NCBI GenBank assembly: GCA_005223185.1
Contig: NJBN01000002.1
Location: 11,118-75,117 of the forward strand
Length of the DNA: 64,000 nt
Origin: a candidate division LCP-89 bacterium B3_LCP
Lineage (GTDB): Bacteria; Electryoneota; B3-LCP
Reading direction: 5' to 3'
Part shown: one piece after another, positions 51,005 to 59,157 of the stretch
Layout: every line of letters begins with the position of its first letter
Position numbering within the stretch: position 1 is the stretch's first letter
The notes under the pieces: model-generated
Seen by the model: only the letters and a program-made list of their open reading frames with translations
Database searches by the model: none
What the model was told of the DNA's origin: nothing
Program-made: the position numbers and the translations under genes

Positions 51005-51390
51005 AAAATCTGAACCGCTGATTACACGGATTTCACAGATTAACAGGGATGACAGACTGGCTAGGGCATTTGTCATTCCGGGCGAAGACCCGATGCGTAG
51101 CACTCTCCATAGGAGTCCTATGGACCTACGGAGAATCCAGTGATTATTCCAAATTGTCACTCCGTTGTCGCACCAGAATGAATTTCTGGTGCTCAGTATC
51201 TTAACTACAAAGTCGTTGAAACGACTAAAATACTTCAGACTGCGGTATTGGCTTTCCCGTAGGGATTCTTATGGAACAGCCAATTTGTACTACAAAATTG
51301 AGCACCGGAACTTCAGTCCGGTATGGAACGGTAGCTGTTGGGTTGTCCCGTAGGGACGGCTACGCCGCGCTACGCTTAACCCAACCTACA
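51005..51390. repeat. Second cluster of REP-like palindromes
   Basis: 51337-51389 nearly duplicates 49043-49095; also gtcattccgggcgaagacccg..aatccag and the 6917-type composite. Confidence 0.8.
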
Positions 51391-51549
51391 ATTTACAAAC
51401 TCCCAATTTATCCTTCATCCTTATATCCTTTCATTTAAATTCCCCCTGAAAAAAAATGCACTTGACTTTCCGGTAAAACATCATTATATTATAAATTAGG
51501 TCTATCCGCAAAGTAGTTCGCTCGTCTGTAGTACCAATGTGGAGGAGTC

Positions 51550-53904
51550 ATGAGACGCCTGACATTCCTGGTGGCTTGCATTGCTCTGATCCCCTTCCTG
51601 CTTTTTGCCGCCCAATCAACTCACAAAATTCCGGTTGAAAACTATCCCGTAACAACCGGTGATGTAACTGTAATCGCACCCACCAGTTTTCCGCCCTACC
51701 CAATCCCCGACAATCTGGACACGGTCGGTATAGTCGAAACCATCGGCACCACCTGGTATGAAAACCAGTGCCTGGGCGCTGCCGGACGCCGGATCAACCG
51801 TACGGAAGACGGCTACACTCATTTCGTCTGGGCTAATGGGGAGAATTTCGGGTCGTCACATCGAGTTTACTATAATTATGTCGATCCCTCTGGAAACCAG
51901 GCTTGGCCCGGGACCGGTTATCCGCTTGTATCGGAACAATCAGGTTCACCGACTCTTGATGTAAGTGATGATGGTGGTTTGTTCGCCGCCATGAATTACT
52001 ACAGTCAGTTCTACGGAATGTATCACACTGCTGTTACCTATCCATCTCCATGGCAACCTATTCCCAGCCAACCACCTCTGGCAAATGGAGAGCCGGTACT
52101 CTGGCCCAAGATCAGGTTAGATCGAAATGGAGGTATACATTTGATTGCCAGTACCAATACCTCGATGCCCGGCGATCCTCATCACGATTATTACATTTCA
52201 GGGACTTATAATCCGGTCACATACACAATCAACTGGGATCCTTCCTGGACGCCGATGGATTGGACCATGACTGTAGCGTCCGATATTGCTGCATCCAGCG
52301 TTTCCGACCGGATGGCATACGGATGGACTTACTGCCGCGATCAGGGATTTCCTTTTTACGGCGATTTCAGCCAGCGCAACAATGACATTTACATATTGAT
52401 CGATGAAGACGGCAGTAATCCCGATTATAACGAAGCTTTCAATCTGACCAATTTCTTCTATCCGGATTATGGCTGGTTGCCGGATACGCTCTTAGCCAAC
52501 ATGGATACCCTGCGGGCTTACACGGACGTCTCCCTCTTCTTCGACCAGAATGATTTTCTCCATGTGGTTTTCACCACACCGGCGTATTTTCAGTTGCAGG
52601 GAACTACCTACTGGCACGCATCCATAATCTGGCACTGGTCAGAACAGACGGAGCAGTTTTCAACAATTCACAACGCCTTCGATGATTATTGGTGGAATTT
52701 CGTTGACTGCGGAGCCTGGAATGTCAAGGCGCAACGGGGTCAGTTAGGGCAGGATCCCAGCACCGGTTATCTTTACTGCGCTTATCAGGTGTACGACTGC
52801 GACCCGATGGCAATCAGCGCGGGTGGGTATCCTTCCGGCGAAATCTATATGTCCGTATCGACCGATGGTGGCAACAACTGGGCGGTGGGGACGAACGTAA
52901 CCGAAACAGTAACGCCCAATAATGCAGCTCCCGGTGCATGTTTATCAGAAATCTGTCCCACTATCGCTGAATTTATGGGTGATGGCCGACCGGGACAGTG
53001 CCATTTAATGTATATAATGGACTTCGACGCCGGGAATGTGGTCCAGGGTGAAGGCACCTGGACGTTGAACAACGTGAGTTATCATCAAGTACCTGTTGAT
53101 TCCATCCCGACGGTGCCTCTGTTGCCGCAATGGCCCTATCCGGGAGGGATTTCTTTACATGTGTTTGCCTGGCACAATTTTTACATCGAACTCGCCCCAT
53201 TGAGTATGACTTCTTTCCCCTCCACTGGAGGTATATTAGAATATAACATTGAAGGTGGAAATAACGGCTTTTTTCCGGACGTGGATATCAAAGTTGAGGT
53301 CATGATCCCTGGCGGTGAAATAATCCCGGTAATGGGTCCCATATATAATTTCCCCATGCATCCAGGCTGGTCAGTCAGTCGCAACAGAGAATTGCTCATA
53401 CCAGCAGGTGCGCCTGAAGGAAATTACGTTTTGTACGCCTGTATAGGTCAGGACAATACCATTTTCCCCTGGACCATTTACGCTGTCGATCATTTATACT
53501 TCAGCAAAGAGGGAGCTGAAGGGACATGGTCAAGTCCCTGGTTTGCAGATAGCGGGGAATCATTTGAGGAACTGCTGACCGCCGATCCGCCGGATTCTCC
53601 AGCCAGGTTCCAAGTATATCAAAACTATCCCAATCCTTTCAACCCGACGACAGTTATCAGTTTCAATCTGCCAGTTGCAAGTTTGGTGAAGTTGGAGGTG
53701 TTTGATATAAATGGGCGCAATGTAGGGGCGAGGCATGCCTCGCCCTCGGGTCGGCACAAGACCGACCCCTACGCGAATGGGTACTATCCCTCCGGTACCC
53801 ACCAGATTACCTTTGATGGATCGGGGTTGGCGTCGGGGATATATATCTACCGTTTGAACGCAGGAGATTTCACGACATCAGGTAAAATGATATTGGTGAA
53901 ATGA
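51550..53904 (+). CDS. Secreted Asp-box/propeller-like protein with Ig-like domain and T9SS-type C-terminal domain (REP inserted in frame)
   Basis: GGAGG RBS, signal peptide, 'SVSTDGGNNW', 'YPNPFNP..LASGIYIYRL..KMILVK'. Confidence 0.85.
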   Translation: MRRLTFLVACIALIPFLLFAAQSTHKIPVENYPVTTGDVTVIAPTSFPPYPIPDNLDTVGIVETIGTTWYENQCLGAAGRRINRTEDGYTHFVWANGENFGSSHRVYYNYVDPSGNQAWPGTGYPLVSEQSGSPTLDVSDDGGLFAAMNYYSQFYGMYHTAVTYPSPWQPIPSQPPLANGEPVLWPKIRLDRNGGIHLIASTNTSMPGDPHHDYYISGTYNPVTYTINWDPSWTPMDWTMTVASDIAASSVSDRMAYGWTYCRDQGFPFYGDFSQRNNDIYILIDEDGSNPDYNEAFNLTNFFYPDYGWLPDTLLANMDTLRAYTDVSLFFDQNDFLHVVFTTPAYFQLQGTTYWHASIIWHWSEQTEQFSTIHNAFDDYWWNFVDCGAWNVKAQRGQLGQDPSTGYLYCAYQVYDCDPMAISAGGYPSGEIYMSVSTDGGNNWAVGTNVTETVTPNNAAPGACLSEICPTIAEFMGDGRPGQCHLMYIMDFDAGNVVQGEGTWTLNNVSYHQVPVDSIPTVPLLPQWPYPGGISLHVFAWHNFYIELAPLSMTSFPSTGGILEYNIEGGNNGFFPDVDIKVEVMIPGGEIIPVMGPIYNFPMHPGWSVSRNRELLIPAGAPEGNYVLYACIGQDNTIFPWTIYAVDHLYFSKEGAEGTWSSPWFADSGESFEELLTADPPDSPARFQVYQNYPNPFNPTTVISFNLPVASLVKLEVFDINGRNVGARHASPSGRHKTDPYANGYYPSGTHQITFDGSGLASGIYIYRLNAGDFTTSGKMILVK
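53722..53772. repeat. Inverted GTAG-REP doublet inside a CDS
   Basis: GTAG-gggcgaggcatgcctcgccc, then tc, then gggtcggcacaagaccgaccc-CTAC; 51 nt, frame-preserving. Confidence 0.85.
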
Positions 53905-54058
53905 ACAGGGGAGGACAGACATTCTTGTCTGTCTGGTAATTATCGAATGGTGTCAGAGAGGAATGTCTAACCTCCCCCAAACGTGTTAAATGTTGCGTCA
54001 GGTCTTGGACGCCGAAGGCGGGTGTGACCTGACGCAAGTTAACAAAACAGGAGGAATC

Positions 54059-56371
54059 ATGAAACATCTGATTATTTCCTTAACCTTAATGACCCTGATC
54101 CCGGTATTCTCCTTCGCATCGACGAAACCACTAAAAACCCCGATGGTAAACTACCCGGTCATGACAGGAAATGAAGTGTACCCGGGATCACCGAAGTCCA
54201 CACCGCCTCTACTTTTAGATAATCTCGACGTCATTGGAGAGATCGATACAATCGGTACCACTTGGGTCAAAATTCAGCACAATGGTACCATAGGTCGAAT
54301 GATTGAGAGAAGCACCGACGGCTACACGGATTTCGTCTGGATGAACGGTTTGGACTATGGTGTCATCAACCGCCACATTTACTATAACTTCATCGACCCC
54401 CTTGGCGTCCAGGCTTGGCCCGGTGGTTATCCGGTGGAGTCTTCCCAACGTGCCGGTTATACTACCATGGATGTTGATTTTAATGGAATAGCCTTTCCTG
54501 CTTTCCATTGGACAAATACTCCGGGTGGTGATTTCTGGACAGCGGTAGCAACAGATTTCTTTGCGCATACAGGTACGTTCATCACCTATGAGACGCTACC
54601 ATATGCTGGAGTGGATAAAATCATCTGGCCAAAGGTTCAATTCGATAGAAACCAGGTACTGCAAATAGTGTCTACAGAAAATCCGGGAGGTTTTGAATCC
54701 TATAGACATTTCTATACGACTGGAACCTACAATCCCTTGACTTACAGCATAGTTTATGAACCTTGGGAAGAGATGACCTGGACCATGACCATAGCCGGCG
54801 ATGTGGCGGCTTCGGACATCTCAGACCGCGTCGCTTACGGATGGACCTACTGCCGAGATGACGGTTTCCCTGCGCCTGGCGGAGATTACAGCCAGTACAA
54901 TAACGATATCCACATTCTAATAGATGATGATGGATTGGATCCTGATTGGAGCCAGGCTGTTAACTTAACGGATTTCATTCCCCCCATACCTTTTTGGCCA
55001 CCCTTTACACAAAATGGGGACACATTACGAGCTTACACTGATATGTCCCTGTTCTTCGACCAGGATGATTACCTTCACGTTGCTTTCACCACGCCTTCCT
55101 ATTTCGAAATTCAGGGTATAATGTATTGGCACGCATCCATAATCTGGCACTGGACCGAACAATATCCCGATGAGTTCGTCATGATCCATAACGCATTCGA
55201 TGACTTCTGGTGGAATACAGTTGACTGCGGCACCTGGAATGTGAAGGCGCAGAGACCTTCATTGGCGCAGGATCCCAGTACGGGTTACCTCTATTGTTCC
55301 TATCAGGTCTTCGACTGCGATACTAATGCTATCAGCGCTGGAGATCTTCCCTCGGGAGAAGTTTTCGTTTCGGTTTCCACCGACGGTGGAATGAACTGGG
55401 CTCTGGGTACTAATATCACCCAAACTGTCACACCTGATAACGGAGCGCCTGGAAGCTGTTTCAACGAAATATGCCCCAATATGGCTAAGCTTGTAGACGG
55501 CACCTGTCACATCATGTATGTGATGGATCACGATGCCGCCGATCCATACCGTTGAGCTACTCCAACGATAGGTGAGATCATCTATCACAAAGTACCGGTT
55601 GACCTGATTCCCCAAACGCCTTTGGTTCAGCAGAATGTGCCCTTTCATGTGGATTATCCTCCCTTTGGGCCCTTTATAGCTGTTAATTCAATGGGAACCA
55701 CTATTTTTTCTAATGAAGACGATACGCTGCTTTACAACATAGTTGGTTGGAACGATCAGCCCCGCATGGTAACTGTGGACATATGGGCTGATGTGACGCT
55801 GCCTGATGGCAGTATCAGAGGTCCAATTTTCACTCCAGTTTATGATTTCGTGATGTATTCGTGCTATTTGGATACAAGCTGGTCCATTATCCGTAATCGC
55901 GATTTGTGCATCCCCGGATTCGCTCCTGAGGGTACATACCTTCTCAATGTCTATATAGGTGAATATGATCCGATAAATCCTACCATAGAGGCTCTGAACC
56001 ATCTCTATTTCTACAAAAATGAATCAACAGGAGGTGGTGGTGACCTATGGTTGGGCGGCGTTGACCTGTTGTCCGTTGAAGATAATTCATTGACCACACC
56101 TGTTTTATATTCAAACTACCCCAATCCTTTCAACCCAACGACAGTTATCAGTTTCGATTTGCCAGTTGCGAGTCTGGTGAAGTTGGAGGTGTTTGATGTA
56201 AATGGGCGTAATGTTAACATGTCGGGGTCAGGGACGACCCCGACTACGGAATTCGGCGTTGGCACCCACCAGATTACTTTTGATGGGTCGGGATTGGCGT
56301 CGGGGATATATATCTATCGTATAAGTGCTGGGGAGGTTTCGGTGACGGGTAAGATGGTGCTGATGAAATAA
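54059..56371 (+). pseudogene. Tandem paralog of 51550-53904 interrupted by one in-frame TGA (55553-55555): nonsense allele or recoded gene
   Basis: ORFs 53990-55555 and 55622-56371 share a frame. The sequence across the stop (MDHDAADPYR*ATPTIGEIIYHKVPVD) aligns to the paralog MDFDAGNVVQGEGTWTLNNVSYHQVPVD. Confidence 0.75.
56221..56247 (-). repeat. Single GTAG-REP inside a CDS
   Basis: gtcggggtc-agggac-gaccccgac-tac; reverse complement reads GTAGTCGGGGTC..GACCCCGAC. Confidence 0.75.
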
Positions 56372-56860
56372 CCTGGGGAGGATAGGCGCCACTAAAGGGG
56401 CTTACGCCTATTCTTGCCCGTCGGATAACAATACCACAGAGGTGTCGGACAGGAATGTCCAATCTCCCCCTACTATGTAGAGGAGACTAAGTTCATCAGC
56501 CGGTGGACACCGTCCACTAACTAATCTGCGTAATCAACGGTTCAGGTTCTTCCTTCCGCAATATCATAATTATCTCCCTAAATATCCCAAAGTAAATACT
56601 CCATTTTCGGGTTGACTTTTCCATGAATTATTTCGTATCTTATTTGTTCAAACTCAAATCCAACCATTTGGGCTTGAGTAGAAGATAAATGGTTTTATTG
56701 TCTAAATACGGTACAGATTTGTTTGATTTAATTGATCTTTAAGGGTGTTAAATGCAAGCTGCTTCAATCTTACGCTGGAAAAATTTGAAATTATCCTGGA
56801 ATCAAGTTAACATACAGTGCCTCTTAGTTTTGTCGATTCTCGAGGCGAAAGAGTTGTGAT

Positions 56861-56891
56861 AAGTGCACGATAGCAATCGGTGCACTTTTTT
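56861..56891 (+). terminator. Terminator-like hairpin just upstream of nif3
   Basis: aagtgcac-gatagcaatcg-gtgcactt followed by tttt. Confidence 0.7.
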
Positions 56892-56932
56892 AACGCCCAT
56901 TTTGATATCACTATGGTTCAAAAGGAAAGTCA

Positions 56933-58036
56933 TTGCGCATTCAGGACGTTATAGATTTTATCGAAAGATGGTGCCACCCGGGTGCAGCGCTGGAATATGA
57001 CAATCCCGGTCTGCAGGTCGGTGATGCCAGCGCTAACTTGAAGAATATCCTGGTTACTCTGGATGTAACCGACCGCATCATTGAAGAAGCCGTTGAAAAC
57101 CAGGTTAATCTCATACTCTCGCATCATCCTCTAATTTTTGAACCGTTGTCTCAACTGAACGTGAAAACGGGTCTGGGAAGACAGATCTCTGAATTGGTAA
57201 AAAACGATATCGCCGTTTACGCGGCTCATACCAATTTAGATGCCGCCAAGGACGGCGTTTCCATCATGTTGGCGAAACTCTTAGGAGTTGAAGACCCAAC
57301 TTTCCTGACTCCGCCCGAGGGTGCCTGGATGAAGAAACTGGCGGTTTTCGTCCCGCCGACTGATGTTGAGGCTGTCCGCAGCGCCATGGCTGAAGTGGGC
57401 GCCGGTATGATTGGCGATTACTCTCACTGTTCCTTTAATATCCCCGGTGAAGGTACTTTCCTGGGTGGAGATTCTTCTTCACCAGCGGTCGGGAAAAAAG
57501 GCGCTCTTCAAAGCGTAGAAGAGATAAGGTTGGAAATGCTCCTGCCGGGCTGGTGCACGGACAGAGTGATAGCCGCCATGAAGAAGGCACATCCCTATGA
57601 AGAGGTTGCCTACGATCTTTATTCTTTGGATAATCACGATGTGAATTTCGGTTTTGGTGCTATCGGGAACCTAACACAGCCCGTACCACTTAAAGAACTA
57701 CTGGAACAAATTCGGAAAAAACTCGGCGTAAAGATGTTGCGCGTGATGGAAGGTCCTGCTGAGAAGGTGACCCAACTGGCTGTTTGCGGTGGTTCCGGTG
57801 GACAATTAATTAAGAATGCCTGGTTGCGAGGTGCAGAAGTTTTCCTTACAGGCGAGATGAAGTACCATACGTTCTTAGAATATGAAGACCGGTTGACGGT
57901 TGTAGTCGCTGGACATTACGCTACCGAACGGATTATCCTGCCGATCTGGGTAGAAAAGCTGCAAAAATGGCTGGCAGATGAACCGGTTTCCGTAATAGAA
58001 ACAAAAATGTTGACGAATCCTGTTAAATATATCTAA
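56933..58036 (+). CDS. Nif3-like dinuclear metal centre protein (YqfO type, with PII-like insert)
   Basis: 'YDNPGLQVG', 'SHHPLIF', 'AHTNLD', 'AHPYEEVAYD', 'GHYATE'. TTG start. Confidence 0.93.
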   Translation: MRIQDVIDFIERWCHPGAALEYDNPGLQVGDASANLKNILVTLDVTDRIIEEAVENQVNLILSHHPLIFEPLSQLNVKTGLGRQISELVKNDIAVYAAHTNLDAAKDGVSIMLAKLLGVEDPTFLTPPEGAWMKKLAVFVPPTDVEAVRSAMAEVGAGMIGDYSHCSFNIPGEGTFLGGDSSSPAVGKKGALQSVEEIRLEMLLPGWCTDRVIAAMKKAHPYEEVAYDLYSLDNHDVNFGFGAIGNLTQPVPLKELLEQIRKKLGVKMLRVMEGPAEKVTQLAVCGGSGGQLIKNAWLRGAEVFLTGEMKYHTFLEYEDRLTVVVAGHYATERIILPIWVEKLQKWLADEPVSVIETKMLTNPVKYI

Positions 58037-58058
58037 ATAAAAGGTAAGGGAGGCGGAC

Positions 58059-58778
58059 TTGAGGACGCAGCTTGAACAATTAATTCAGTTGCAGGATATT
58101 GACAATGAGCTTTTGGAGCTGCAACAGGAACGCGGCAATCTACCGGAAACTGTTGAGCGTCTCAGGGCCGAAATAGAAGAGACCACTCACCTGCTGGATC
58201 TAAAACAAAAAGAGCAATTAAATGCAGGCAAGGAACGGCGGCGCATTGAAAACGAAGTCGAACTGGCTAAGGTTAGTTTGAAGAAATATCAGGATCAGCT
58301 TTTCAAGGTAACGAGTAACCGGGAATATGATGCCATCACCACCGAGATTGAATCGGCTAAGGCGGTAGTCAGTAATGGTGAATCCCGCATTATTGAACTC
58401 TTGGGTCAGGAAGAAGAACTGGTTCAGACATGCGAGGAACTTGAGAAGAATCTCGAAGAAATCAAGTCAGATTTCGATGTGAGGGATGCTGAACTGCAGG
58501 AGAAAATAGCAGAAACATCGGACACCGAAGCGACTCTTAAGAAGAATCGCGTCAAAATTGTGGAACAACTGGCAAAACCGGTCTATGCTCATTATGAAAG
58601 AATCCATGTCGCCAAAGAAGACGGTATGGGAGTTGCCAGAGTTTACAACGGCGCTTGCGGAGGGTGTTTTGCCGCTATTCCACCTCAGAAGCAGATGGAG
58701 GTAGCTTCCATGGAAGATTTCATTTTGTGTGAAACCTGTGGCCGCATCCTTGTCGATCCAAATAGCATGGAAATGTGA
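58059..58778 (+). CDS. Coiled-coil protein with C4 zinc ribbon (DUF164 / CT398-HP0958 family)
   Basis: 'LIQLQDID', long coiled coil, CGGC..CETCGRIL; follows nif3. Confidence 0.9.
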   Translation: MRTQLEQLIQLQDIDNELLELQQERGNLPETVERLRAEIEETTHLLDLKQKEQLNAGKERRRIENEVELAKVSLKKYQDQLFKVTSNREYDAITTEIESAKAVVSNGESRIIELLGQEEELVQTCEELEKNLEEIKSDFDVRDAELQEKIAETSDTEATLKKNRVKIVEQLAKPVYAHYERIHVAKEDGMGVARVYNGACGGCFAAIPPQKQMEVASMEDFILCETCGRILVDPNSMEM

Positions 58779-58786
58779 TAATATTA

Positions 58787-59125
58787 AGGAGGAGGCCAGG
58801 CGACCGCCTTCTGCTACATGCGGGGGGAGGAAAGTCCGAACACCACAGGACAGGACGCCCCTTTATGGGGGCGCCGCAAGGCGACGGAAAGTGCCACAGA
58901 AAATATACCGCTCCGGTTATCCGGAGTAAGGGTGAAATGGTGAGGTAAGAGCTCACCGCTCAGGTGGTAACATCTGAGGCAGGGTAAACCCCGTCCGGTG
59001 CAAGACCAAATAAGCGAAAAATTCCGCTTGAGCGGAAGTGAAGCGGTCCGTTTCATTCGATTCGCGGGTAGGTCGCGTAGATAAATGGTCGTCCATGACA
59101 GAATTCGGCTTATCGGCCCCCTCCT
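58787..59125 (+). ncRNA. rnpB: RNase P RNA, type A, lacking P18
   Basis: GAGGAAAGTCCG, AGTGCCACAGAAA, GGGTGAAA..GGTAAGAG, GGTAAACCCC, ACAGAATTCGGCTTAT; terminal aggagg/cctcct helix. Confidence 0.96.
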
Positions 59126-59157
59126 AAAAGGAAAGCTACTCTAAGGAGCAAAAATAA

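Noticed and set aside
48360-51390. Possible CRISPR array
   Set aside because: No identical repeats with regular spacers and no cas genes.
53623-56214. Possible DGR template/variable repeat pair
   Set aside because: Mismatches are mixed C/T and A/G transitions in both directions rather than adenine-specific, and there is no reverse transcriptase in the window.
56388-56409. 22-nt extra sequence gccactaaaggggcttacgcct in a ggaggacag-type REP
   Set aside because: The length matches the micro-elements but it lacks the clean NNA/TNY double-triloop structure, so it was not counted in that family.
45260-56500. Genomic island integrated at tRNA-Thr
   Set aside because: No integrase and no duplicated tRNA 3' end were found by eye.
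58720-59056. Three short ORFs overlapping rnpB
   Set aside because: The region is explained by RNase P RNA.
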